Source of the DNA: Candidatus Woesebacteria bacterium RIFCSPLOWO2_01_FULL_44_24b | GTDB taxonomy: Bacteria > Patescibacteriota > Microgenomatia > UBA8517 | Assembly (NCBI GenBank): GCA_001793235.1 | Contig: MGHM01000014.1 | Location: 3,857 to 67,856, forward strand | DNA length: 64,000 bases | Reading direction: 5' to 3' | In this document: positions 28,321 through 37,286 of the stretch, one piece after another | Numbering within the stretch: position 1 is the first letter of the stretch | How the letters are laid out: the number at the start of each line of letters is the position of its first letter | The notes under the pieces: model-generated | Seen by the model: the letters and a program-made list of their open reading frames with translations, nothing else | What the model was told of the DNA's origin: nothing | Database searches by the model: none | Translations under genes and position numbers: made by a program

Positions 28321-29834
28321 CCAAAAAGTGGACACGGACAATAGTCGGACTGGTTTTAATTCTTCTGTGCGCGTTTTTGTTAAGAATTTATCAGCTTAAT
28401 TTAATTCCGGTTTTTGTGGATGAAGCAATTTATGTCCGCTGGGCGCAAGTAATGCGAGCCGAGCCATCCTTGCGGTTTTTGCCGCTTTCGGACGGCAAGC
28501 AGCCCTTGTTTATGTGGGCAGTCATTCCTTTCTTCAAGTTTATTGCTGATCCCTTGATAGCGGGGAGGGTAGTGTCTGTGTTAACTGGTCTTGGCACGAC
28601 GGCGGGCGTTGCGGCACTAGGCTACCTTTTATTTAAATCAAGAAAAGTGGCGCTCTTGGCTTCTCTACTCTATGCCCTATCCCCTTTCGCGGTGTTTTTT
28701 GACAGGATGGCACTCGTTGACTCTATGCTTTCTTTTTTTGGCGTCTGGACTTTAGTTTTTTTAATATTGGCCACGAAAAAGCTCAGTTTGGGTTTTGCCT
28801 TTTTAGCAGCTTTCGCCCTTGGAGGAGCATTATTGACCAAGTCGCCTGCCTTATTTATTGCACTCCTTTCCCCATTAGCCTTAGTTTTCACCCAAAAGGC
28901 TAAAGTAAAAAAGATTCAGAGTTTAAATTATTTTAAATCTATAGGGCTTCTTTTGGCTGTTTTCGCGGTTGCGTTCGCAATGTATAACATTCTTCGGCTT
29001 GGGGAAAATTTCCATATGATTGGTTCAAGAAACATGGACTATGTTTTCCCCTACAGCCGAATTTTAGAAAGTCCGCTGGACCCTTTATTGCCGTACCTGG
29101 ACAGGGCGGTTGAGTGGCTGGTAATTATGGGACCAGTTGCACTTTTGGGGCTCGCTGCCACTGGTTTTTTTGGCAATTTCCGGAAATACAAAATCGAAGT
29201 GTTGGTACTTTTTGCTTTTGCGGCTTTACCCATAGTTGTTCAAGCCGAGTACGCCCGGGTTTTTACTTCCAGGTACATTTTTTTTACACTCCCTGCCTTG
29301 GTGGTTCTTGCTGCTGCCAGTTTGAAAAAATTTAATAAACCTGCTGGTCTTTATGGAGTCTCTGTTTTGGTCGCCGTTTTTTTGGTGCAGTCACTTTTAT
29401 TTTATGTTGAGTTTTTCAAAAACCCAGAGAAAGCCAACTGGCCTGAGCATGATGGCTACCTTGCCGATTGGACTGCAGGGACCGGAATTAAGGAAGCAGC
29501 AGAAATTATAAAAGCCGCGCGTGATGTAAATCCGGGCAAAGATATCGTTGTGGGGACAGAGGGTTATTTTGGGACACTTCCGGACGGCCTCCAGATTTAT
29601 CTTGAAAAAGAACCCAATATAACAGTAATCGGAGTGGGGCTTGATATAAGTCATGTTCCAGATAGCCTTTCGGAGTCGGCTAAGGCGGGTAATATTACTT
29701 ATTTGGTGGCCAACTCTTCCAGGCTAGCATTTGTACGGCCGTTTGAAGAATATGGCCTGAAAATCATAAAGTCTTGGGAAAAAGCAGAAAACCGGCTCGG
29801 CAAGCGGGATGTGTTTTATATGTTTGAATTATGA
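28299..29834 (+). CDS. GT-C-type membrane glycosyltransferase (PMT/ArnT-like, loop-1 DE motif)
   Basis: PVFVDEAIYVRWAQVM carries the DE motif. About 12 TM helices and a C-terminal soluble domain. The probable start is the GTG at 28317, which forms a GTGA overlap with the GT2 stop. Confidence 0.6.
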   Translation: MDWGVQVTKKWTRTIVGLVLILLCAFLLRIYQLNLIPVFVDEAIYVRWAQVMRAEPSLRFLPLSDGKQPLFMWAVIPFFKFIADPLIAGRVVSVLTGLGTTAGVAALGYLLFKSRKVALLASLLYALSPFAVFFDRMALVDSMLSFFGVWTLVFLILATKKLSLGFAFLAAFALGGALLTKSPALFIALLSPLALVFTQKAKVKKIQSLNYFKSIGLLLAVFAVAFAMYNILRLGENFHMIGSRNMDYVFPYSRILESPLDPLLPYLDRAVEWLVIMGPVALLGLAATGFFGNFRKYKIEVLVLFAFAALPIVVQAEYARVFTSRYIFFTLPALVVLAAASLKKFNKPAGLYGVSVLVAVFLVQSLLFYVEFFKNPEKANWPEHDGYLADWTAGTGIKEAAEIIKAARDVNPGKDIVVGTEGYFGTLPDGLQIYLEKEPNITVIGVGLDISHVPDSLSESAKAGNITYLVANSSRLAFVRPFEEYGLKIIKSWEKAENRLGKRDVFYMFEL

Positions 29835-30547
29835 CAACCCCCCACCTATCACTAGTAATCCCCGCCTACAACGAAGAGGGGATAATAAAAAGTAATTTAG
29901 AGAAAGTATTAAAATTTCTTTCTAAAAAGAGTTATTTGTGGGAGATAGTGGTTGTAGATGACGGCAGCCGTGATAATACCCCGGACATTGTTAATAGTTT
30001 AAAGAAAGTTAGACTTGTTAAATTACCGGAAAATATGGGTAAGGGTGCGGCGGTGAAAGCTGGCATGCTTAAAGCTCGTGGCAAGCTAATTATTTTTATG
30101 GACGCGGATTTGTCAGTTCCACTTAATTATATTGACGTCGTTGTGAGGGCGTTGCACAGTAGCGACGTGGCTATAGGCTCAAGGAGAGTGAAAGGGTCGG
30201 TCATCAAAAAACACCAACCATTCTTACGTGAAAATATGGGCAGGGTTTTTACCAAGTTGACCCAAATAATCATCGGGAGCAAGATTGCCGATTTTACCTG
30301 CGGGTTTAAAGGTTTTACGAAGGAGGCGGCAAGCAAGGTTTTTGCGCACGGCGTAATAGATCGCTGGGCTTATGATGCTGAAATTATTTTCTTGGCGGAA
30401 AAATTTGGGCTTAAAATTACTGAAGTTCCGGTTGAGTGGATAAACAGGGAAGAGACCAGAGTAAAAGTTGGGCGTGCCACAATTGAGTCGTTAATCGACT
30501 TGGTTAAGATCAGATTTTTTGGATTGGCGGGGAAGTATGAAGACTAA
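29831..30547 (+). CDS. GT2 polyprenyl-phosphate hexose synthase (DPM1/GtrB-like)
   Basis: LSLVIPAYNEEGIIKSNL...EIVVVDDGSRDNT...IIFMDADLSVP...IADFTCGFKGF. ATGA overlap with the upstream GT-C gene. Confidence 0.8.
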   Translation: MTTPHLSLVIPAYNEEGIIKSNLEKVLKFLSKKSYLWEIVVVDDGSRDNTPDIVNSLKKVRLVKLPENMGKGAAVKAGMLKARGKLIIFMDADLSVPLNYIDVVVRALHSSDVAIGSRRVKGSVIKKHQPFLRENMGRVFTKLTQIIIGSKIADFTCGFKGFTKEAASKVFAHGVIDRWAYDAEIIFLAEKFGLKITEVPVEWINREETRVKVGRATIESLIDLVKIRFFGLAGKYED

Positions 30548-32135
30548 AATACTGCTTCTTTTGCTGACAATTCCGGCAATTATCGCATTACTTAAACCGG
30601 GCTATTTCCCGATGCATGATGACATTCAGGGAATGCGGGTCTACCAGATGTATAAGTGCGTGTTAGACCTTCAAATCCCCTGCCGTTGGGTGCCCGATAT
30701 GGGCTTTGGTTATGGCTACCCGCAATTTAATTTCTATTCCCCCCTCCCCTATTATTTGATGGAAATTCCGGTCCTTTTTGGCGGCTCAATTCTTGCAAGC
30801 GTCAAACTTGGGTTTTTGGCAAGTCTGGTTCTCTCGGCGTGGAGCATGTATCTTCTGGGCTCTTTTTTGTGGGGCAAAAAAGGCGGGGTAATTAGTGCGC
30901 TTTTTTACACTTACGCACCATATAGGGCAGTGGATATTTATGTTCGGGGAGCAATGGGCGAAGCCTGGGCCTTTGTTTTTTTGCCACTGATTTTATTGTT
31001 TACTCTAAAGCCAAAGTCCACCATTCCCCTGGCACTATCGATCGCCGGATTATTCTTGACACACAACATAACAGTTATCATGTTTTCCCCCTTTTATGTT
31101 ACCTTTGTCCTCTTCTTTAGAAAAAATCACGGTAATGATTTAAAAAATATTTTGAAGTCAGGTATTTTGGGCTTTGCCCTATCTGCCTTTTTTACTCTGC
31201 CCGCTTTCTTGGAAAAAAATTATACCCATGTTGAGTCGGTCCTCATGGGTTATTTTAATTATCTCGCGCACTTTGTTGGAGTCGGTCAGCTATTTTTGTC
31301 CACTCACTGGGGCTATGGCGTATCCTCACTTGGGGAACTGGATGGGATGTCCTTATCGGTTGGAGTTCTGCACTGGAGCATTCCTCTTTTGGTTCTTATC
31401 CTTCTTTTTTACTTAAAGAAGATCGAGGAATTTCGCAAAGTTTTAATTTTCGTGATTCTGGGTTTTCTTGCACTATTTCTTATTCATCCAAGGTCTCAAT
31501 TTATCTGGGACAACGTTTCACTGCTTTCATATATCCAGTTTCCATGGCGGTTTCTGGGTATTGCCGTCTTTTGTTTTTCACTAGCCAGTGGAGCACTGAT
31601 TAAATTAACCAACAGAAAGCTGTTAATGGTTATAACAATCTTTGTAATTCTGATTCTTATGAACGGTTCGTTTTTCAAACCGGAGAGATATGTTTACATT
31701 ACTGATGGTGAAAAGTTTTCTGGGGACAGTTGGTTGAAACAACAAACAATAAGTATCTTGGATTATTTGCCGGCAGGAGCCCAGCACCCGCCGACTTCAC
31801 CGGCTTCAAATGGGCCGAAGTTTTCAGGCGAAGTGATTTCTGGCCAAAAGGGCACGAACTGGCAGACTTGGGAACTAAATGTATATGATGAAGACAATAA
31901 GCTTGAGCTTCCTCTGTTTTATTTTCCGGGTTGGGAAGTGAAAGTGGACGGGGAGCCAGTGAAAATTGACAGCGCCAACGAACTTGGTTTAATAACTGTT
32001 GATGTCCCGTCTGGCCAACACTTGGTTGAAGCCAGACTTAAAGATACAAATTTAAGATTAATCGCGAATTTAGTAAGCTTGATTGGTCTTGGTGCTCTAG
32101 TGTTATATAGAAAAATAAAATGGTTATCGCACTAA
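30537..32135 (+). CDS. polytopic membrane protein, GYFPMHDD-family (paralog 1 of 3), putative novel GT-C-like transferase
   Basis: Conserved blocks shared with the next two ORFs: GYFPMHDDIQGMRVY, QIPCRWVPDMGFGYG, FNFYSPLPYY, YAPYRAVDIYVRGAMGEA and QFPWRFLGIAVF. About 13 TM helices and a C-terminal beta-rich soluble domain of about 140 aa. The probable start is the ATG at 30537; the listed 30519 is a TTG. Confidence 0.55.
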   Translation: MKTKILLLLLTIPAIIALLKPGYFPMHDDIQGMRVYQMYKCVLDLQIPCRWVPDMGFGYGYPQFNFYSPLPYYLMEIPVLFGGSILASVKLGFLASLVLSAWSMYLLGSFLWGKKGGVISALFYTYAPYRAVDIYVRGAMGEAWAFVFLPLILLFTLKPKSTIPLALSIAGLFLTHNITVIMFSPFYVTFVLFFRKNHGNDLKNILKSGILGFALSAFFTLPAFLEKNYTHVESVLMGYFNYLAHFVGVGQLFLSTHWGYGVSSLGELDGMSLSVGVLHWSIPLLVLILLFYLKKIEEFRKVLIFVILGFLALFLIHPRSQFIWDNVSLLSYIQFPWRFLGIAVFCFSLASGALIKLTNRKLLMVITIFVILILMNGSFFKPERYVYITDGEKFSGDSWLKQQTISILDYLPAGAQHPPTSPASNGPKFSGEVISGQKGTNWQTWELNVYDEDNKLELPLFYFPGWEVKVDGEPVKIDSANELGLITVDVPSGQHLVEARLKDTNLRLIANLVSLIGLGALVLYRKIKWLSH

Positions 32136-33784
32136 TTATTTCGGTTCTGACAGCACTCAGGCTTTTTGGGCCTGGGTACTTTCCAATGCATGACGATCTT
32201 CAGGTAATGCGGCTATATGAACTGGAAAAATGCTTCGCGGACGGCCAAATCCCCTGCCGCTGGGTGCCGGACATGAATTTCGGTTTTGGCCAGGCAATGT
32301 TTAATTTTTATAGTACCTTGCCATATTATCTCGGGGTTCTTATTCGTATAGTTTTGCCAATTTCAATTCTCACCACTGTTAAGATTCTTTTTGCGATTAG
32401 TCTTGTCGGTGGCGCATTGGGGATGTATTCCCTCTCAAGAGAATTTTTCGGGCATAGGGGAGCGATTATTGCCTCAGCCCTGTACGCGCTTGCACCATAC
32501 AGAGCGGTTAACGTTTATGTACGGGGAGCCATGGCGGAATCTTTTTCACTTGCGATACTCCCCTTTTTGTGGCTTTCAATTTATAAGGTGATTAAGGAGC
32601 CCAATTTCAAAAATTCTGCATTTGTAGCCTTGGCAGTCTGTGCACTTCTTATGACTCACAATATCTCGACATTCGTGTATTTCGGTTTTACTGCCGTGTG
32701 GACTTTGTTTTGGCTTTTTCAGAAATGTAAAACCAAAAATCTCCGGGCGCTTATTTTTAGTTCAGTCTTGGGCGTGGCGTTGGCTGGCTTTTTCATAGTT
32801 CCGGTTGCTATTGAGCAAAGCCTTGTCCAAGGCGAGCTTTTTATTTCCGATTATTCTAATTATACCGGGCACTTTACTACATTAAACCAATTATTCATAA
32901 GCCGTTTTTGGGGCTATGGGGGCTCAATTTTTGGTGAGAACGACGGCATGGCTTTTCAAGTCGGCTGGCCGCATTGGTGGGCGGCAATTTTAGTTGGTAT
33001 TTCGGCGCTTTCTCAACTAACTCGAAAAAATAGACAGAGTATTATGGTTTTGGGGTTATTGGCACTTTCCTTATTTTCTTTGTTTATGACTCACAATAAA
33101 AGCACTTTCTTGTGGGAAACTCTTCCCATGATTGCCTTTGTTCAGTTTCCATGGCGGTTTCTGGGCATTGCCGTATTTTTGCTCTCACTTGCTTCCGGCG
33201 GAATTTCAAACTTTCCGGGAAAAGTCTTTAAAAAATTACTATTTATTGCTGTCGTTATTACGGCATTAGTTTTTAATTTCGCTTATTTTAAACATGAAAG
33301 AACATATGACTGGTTGACTGATGAAATCAAGCTTTCTGGAGCCGATTTACTTGTCCAACAAGGCGCAGCTGCGCAGGATTATTTACCCGTAACAGTTGAA
33401 AGCCCGCCTCTAAACACCGCACCGGGAAAGCCTGTTTTAGTTAACGGCGAGGCAGAGCTGCCCAATCTCACTAAAACATCCAGCACCTTTTTCTTTGATG
33501 CAAACGTATCCCGGGAATCTGAGGTTGATGTCCCCATAATTTATTTTCCTAACTGGGAGGTCTATTTACTTGAGGGCCAAGGCAAGCGAATTGATGCCGC
33601 TCCCAGTGAAATCGAGGGTTTGATTAGAATTAGTCTCCCTGCGGGTAAGCACATGGTTTATGGCAAATTCGTGAGTACTCCCGCAAGAATCTTGGGTAAT
33701 GCTTTAAGTGCTAGTGCCTTTTTCATTTTAATTGCCGGCGCTGTCATTACCAATAATAAAAGAAAGTTTCTGGGGCTTGAATGA
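32120..33784 (+). CDS. polytopic membrane protein, GYFPMHDD-family (paralog 2 of 3)
   Basis: GYFPMHDDLQVMRLY, QIPCRWVPDMNFGFG, FNFYSTLPYY, APYRAVNVYVRGAMAES and QFPWRFLGIAVF. Confidence 0.55.
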   Translation: MVIALIISVLTALRLFGPGYFPMHDDLQVMRLYELEKCFADGQIPCRWVPDMNFGFGQAMFNFYSTLPYYLGVLIRIVLPISILTTVKILFAISLVGGALGMYSLSREFFGHRGAIIASALYALAPYRAVNVYVRGAMAESFSLAILPFLWLSIYKVIKEPNFKNSAFVALAVCALLMTHNISTFVYFGFTAVWTLFWLFQKCKTKNLRALIFSSVLGVALAGFFIVPVAIEQSLVQGELFISDYSNYTGHFTTLNQLFISRFWGYGGSIFGENDGMAFQVGWPHWWAAILVGISALSQLTRKNRQSIMVLGLLALSLFSLFMTHNKSTFLWETLPMIAFVQFPWRFLGIAVFLLSLASGGISNFPGKVFKKLLFIAVVITALVFNFAYFKHERTYDWLTDEIKLSGADLLVQQGAAAQDYLPVTVESPPLNTAPGKPVLVNGEAELPNLTKTSSTFFFDANVSRESEVDVPIIYFPNWEVYLLEGQGKRIDAAPSEIEGLIRISLPAGKHMVYGKFVSTPARILGNALSASAFFILIAGAVITNNKRKFLGLE

Positions 33785-35436
33785 GAAAAATTTTACTAGT
33801 TCTATTTTGTGCTTCCATACCTGCTATTTGGTATTTGGTTGCTCCGGGCGGCTATGAGCCACATGACCTTCACCATTTGGCGGATATTTATGAGATGCGA
33901 GCGGCAATATTGTCAGGGCAAATTCCACCCCGCCTAGGCCCAGATTATTTGTTTGGCATGGGTTACCCCTTATTTAATTTTTACTATGTTTTGCCTTTTT
34001 ATCTTGGAGCCTTTTTTTACGCTCTCACGGGGAGCTTGATGGCAGGCTTTAAACTCGTGTTTTTAGCATCAGTATTCGTGTCGTTAACAGGAATGTATTT
34101 TCTCCTTAGAAAGTTTTTTGGAACTTGGGCGTCCACTGCAGGCGCGATACTCTATCTATATACCCCGTTTCGTGCAGTCGAGATTTATGTCAGAGGAGCG
34201 ATAGGGGAGGCCTTGGCGCTCGCAATTCTCCCTTGGGTTTTATATTTTTTGGTTACTTTAGTCCTGCCTGCGCAGTCAGGTAAACAAACCAGCAAAAGAA
34301 ATATTGCCATATCGGCTTTCGTGTTGGTACTGTTTTATTTAGCACACAATTATTTCTTTTTATTGACCGCGCCGTTTATATTATTTTTTGTAGCAATTCT
34401 TATTTATTTTGATAAAAAGAGAAGTAAAAAAATAAAAGCAATTCTTATGACAGGAGCATTGTCTGCCGGACTTTCGGCTTTCTGGTGGCTGCCTGCATTT
34501 GCCGAATATAAATTAGTTGCATCGGGAACGCCCTTTGTCCTGATCGACCACTTCCCTTTTTTGAAACAATTAATAGTGCCGAGCTGGGGTTATGGAAGTT
34601 CGGTCTGGGGGCCATACGACGAGATCTCCTTTCAAATTGGCATAGCAAATCTGGCTGTTCTTGCTTTGGTCGTTGTAATATTCCTTAAACAAAGAAAAAG
34701 CAAAAACATTAATTTCAAAATTTCTTTATTAGCATTGCTTTCGTTTTTGGTTGTTGTGTTTATGATGAACATCCGCTCACTTTTTATTTGGAACCTGATT
34801 CCCTTCACTAACTTTATTCAGTTTCCCTGGAGGCTTCTAACACTAACTACATTTTTTACAGCATTTCTAGCAGGTTTTGTAGTTGATAATTTAGGGCCGA
34901 AGAAGCTATCAGCCATTCTACTTGCTACTTGCTCCATGCTACTTGTTTTCTTCTATTTCCGGCCAAGCAAAGTGACAAATAAAAGTGACGAAGAATATGT
35001 GAAACACTTCTTTTCAAATCCTCAGTATAGCGAGGATTATTTACAGCTACCGTTGTCGGCCTCTGAGAGATCAACAAATGCTATTACACAGAGATTTGCA
35101 ATCGAAAAGGGGCAAGTTGTCTTTGAAAATGAAATATCAAAAGTTCGCTGGAAGGCTGAGATAAGTGCAGATGAAAAGTCTGAAGTTACGGCCAGTGTTC
35201 TCAACTTCCCCGGCTGGTATGTGAAAGTGGACGGAAATACGGTCGAGACCTACCCGAGCGACCCTTACGGACAATTAACTTTTGGAGTTGACAAGGGAAC
35301 TCACGAAATCGAGCTCTATTGGGCAGAAACCAACTTGAGATTGTTGGCAGATATTATCAGTTTACTGTCGCTGGGGGTAGTTTTGATACTTATTTTACCT
35401 CGGGGTATTTATCGGGGTGCTCCAGATAAGACTTGA
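33781..35436 (+). CDS. polytopic membrane protein, GYFPMHDD-family (paralog 3 of 3, divergent motif)
   Basis: The same block order, but the first motif has degenerated to GGYEPHDLHH and the CRW block to PPRLGPDY. It retains FNFYYVLPFY, TPFRAVEIYVRGAIGEA and QFPWRLLTL. Confidence 0.5.
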   Translation: MRKILLVLFCASIPAIWYLVAPGGYEPHDLHHLADIYEMRAAILSGQIPPRLGPDYLFGMGYPLFNFYYVLPFYLGAFFYALTGSLMAGFKLVFLASVFVSLTGMYFLLRKFFGTWASTAGAILYLYTPFRAVEIYVRGAIGEALALAILPWVLYFLVTLVLPAQSGKQTSKRNIAISAFVLVLFYLAHNYFFLLTAPFILFFVAILIYFDKKRSKKIKAILMTGALSAGLSAFWWLPAFAEYKLVASGTPFVLIDHFPFLKQLIVPSWGYGSSVWGPYDEISFQIGIANLAVLALVVVIFLKQRKSKNINFKISLLALLSFLVVVFMMNIRSLFIWNLIPFTNFIQFPWRLLTLTTFFTAFLAGFVVDNLGPKKLSAILLATCSMLLVFFYFRPSKVTNKSDEEYVKHFFSNPQYSEDYLQLPLSASERSTNAITQRFAIEKGQVVFENEISKVRWKAEISADEKSEVTASVLNFPGWYVKVDGNTVETYPSDPYGQLTFGVDKGTHEIELYWAETNLRLLADIISLLSLGVVLILILPRGIYRGAPDKT

Positions 35437-35779
35437 TCTCCGGGGCATCATCCTTTACTTCAACAGTGCCAATATACTGTCTTTTTTTGAATGACCCTCT
35501 TTCTTGATTTTTCTTATTTTGTACTTCTAATAACTTTTCTTTTGAAACTTGAAGTGCCAAAAGTAAGTTGTCAATTATTTCCTGAATATCGACGAGTTCT
35601 TTTAGGAGTTCTTCACCTTCAGAATTAATCAGTTCCGATGCCTCTTCTATAATTTTCTTTTTGAGCTCATCAATATATTCTTTGTCTGAAAGCGTTTTCC
35701 AATTTGGATGGTTGCCGTTTGCGATTATCGCGTCTACAATTTTATCTCGAACAAGCTTCTCAAACTTAAACTTACGCAT
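35390..35779 (-). CDS. MazG-like all-alpha nucleoside triphosphate pyrophosphohydrolase (small)
   Basis: 129 aa. FEKLVRDKIVD...EEASELINSEGEELLKELVDIQEIID is EExxE/D-type helical metal-binding signature. Confidence 0.45.
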   Translation of the reverse strand: MRKFKFEKLVRDKIVDAIIANGNHPNWKTLSDKEYIDELKKKIIEEASELINSEGEELLKELVDIQEIIDNLLLALQVSKEKLLEVQNKKNQERGSFKKRQYIGTVEVKDDAPEIKSYLEHPDKYPEVK

Positions 35780-35816
35780 ACGATATTATATCACCAAGCT
35801 TTCATGCTACAATTTG

Positions 35817-37286
35817 AGTGTGGAAGAAGCTTTTGAGGTCCCTTTGGAGGAAGTTAAAGCTCGGGCTGTCCGTGGAGTAGTGGCTATCATGGGGCGAGGC
35901 TTTTTCATCCAGTTTGTAGCTCAAATCTCGCAATTTTTTCTTCTGGCGTTTTTGTCAGTTGAGCAAATGGGGGTTTTTTGGATAGTCTCGGCTGCAGTTG
36001 GTTTTTTAGTGTTTTTTAGCGACATTGGCCTTGCCGCGGCGCTTATTCAAAAGAAAGAAAGACCGACCAAAGAAGACTTGAGAACTACTTTTACCGTTCA
36101 ACAGGTTTTGATTATTTCACTACTTGTAATTCTCTATCTCCTTACTCCACAGCTTAGGAATCTTTATAACTTAAGCAGCGAGGGAGTGATTCTCCTTTAT
36201 GCCTTGGGCTTTTCACTTTTTCTATCTTCCTTGAAAAGCATTCCTTCGGTGCTACTTGAGCGGAAGCTTGAGTTTTCCAAGTTTATTATTCCTGATCTTC
36301 TGGAAAGTTTGGTTTATAGCTTAGTGGTGGTTTTTTTGGCTTGGAAGGGCTTTGGGATTATGAGCTTTGCTTATGCGGTAGTCGCTAGAGGGATTGTGGG
36401 AGTTGTTACTATTTATTTGCTGGAGCCATGGAGACCCGGATTTGCTTTTTCAAGAAGTTCTCTTGGGGGATTATTTAAGTTTGGAGTACCGTACCAGATA
36501 AACCAGCTTATTGCAGTTGTCAAAGACCGCGGTGTTACTCTTGCCTTGGGAGCCGTTGTTGGCACATCAGGAGTTGGCTATTTGGGAACTGCGGAGCGGG
36601 CGAGTCAGATTTCGCTGCGCCAATTTCTTGATCCTATCACCAAAGTCACTTTCCCGGCCTTTGCCCGTATGCAGGGCCATCGTGATGAGCTTGCAAATAG
36701 TGTCACCAGATCCTTGATGGTAATTACTTTCTTTGTGTTTCCCTCCGCTGTCGGCATATGGCTTACTGCGCCCTTAATAATTAAAGTCATCCCCAATTAT
36801 GCAAAATGGGAGCCGTCTTTAGTTCCTCTTGGATTTATGACGGTTAATGTTTTGTTTGCAGCTGTCACCACGCAGCTTACTAATATGCTTTCGGCAATTG
36901 GCAAAATTAAAACCGTCTCCAAGCTCATTGCCATGTGGGCAATCCTCACAATTTTATTAGTTCCAGGACTTGGGCATTTGTACGGAATAAACGGGGCAGC
37001 ACTTGGGTATGCCTTGGTCTCGTCGACTTCGGTAATCGCGATAGCCATAGCCAAGACTTATGTTAACTTTTCCCTTTCGCAAAGTGTACTAAAAACCGGG
37101 GTAGCCACTTTGGTGATGGGAGCCGTAGTTGCCGTTTCGCGGCTGTTCGCACCACCTACGCTTCCGGCATTGGTAGTTGTTATCACGATGGGAGCGATTA
37201 GCTACCTAGCCACTTCATATGCGCTACTGGGCAACGCTCTAATTTTAGATGCTAGAAAATTTGCGAAAAACTTTTTCAATAGGTAG
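35817..37286 (+). CDS. polysaccharide biosynthesis protein / oligosaccharide flippase (MOP superfamily, Wzx-like)
   Basis: 12-14 TM helices. The N-terminal KARAVRGVVAIMGRGFFIQFVAQISQFFLLAFLSVEQMGVF is typical of Wzx/PST family openings. The start is taken at the in-frame GTG at 35817, because the listed 35661 start would overlap the divergent minus-strand gene. Confidence 0.6.
   Translation, partial: SVEEAFEVPLEEVKARAVRGVVAIMGRGFFIQFVAQISQFFLLAFLSVEQMGVFWIVSAAVGFLVFFSDIGLAAALIQKKERPTKEDLRTTFTVQQVLIISLLVILYLLTPQLRNLYNLSSEGVILLYALGFSLFLSSLKSIPSVLLERKLEFSKFIIPDLLESLVYSLVVVFLAWKGFGIMSFAYAVVARGIVGVVTIYLLEPWRPGFAFSRSSLGGLFKFGVPYQINQLIAVVKDRGVTLALGAVVGTSGVGYLGTAERASQISLRQFLDPITKVTFPAFARMQGHRDELANSVTRSLMVITFFVFPSAVGIWLTAPLIIKVIPNYAKWEPSLVPLGFMTVNVLFAAVTTQLTNMLSAIGKIKTVSKLIAMWAILTILLVPGLGHLYGINGAALGYALVSSTSVIAIAIAKTYVNFSLSQSVLKTGVATLVMGAVVAVSRLFAPPTLPALVVVITMGAISYLATSYALLGNALILDARKFAKNFFNR

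Noticed and set aside
35780-35816. Possible divergent promoter region between the MazG-like gene (-) and the Wzx-like gene (+)
   Set aside because: It is only about 37 nt if the GTG start at 35817 is correct. No clear sigma-70 hexamers can be assigned, so no regulatory feature is reported.
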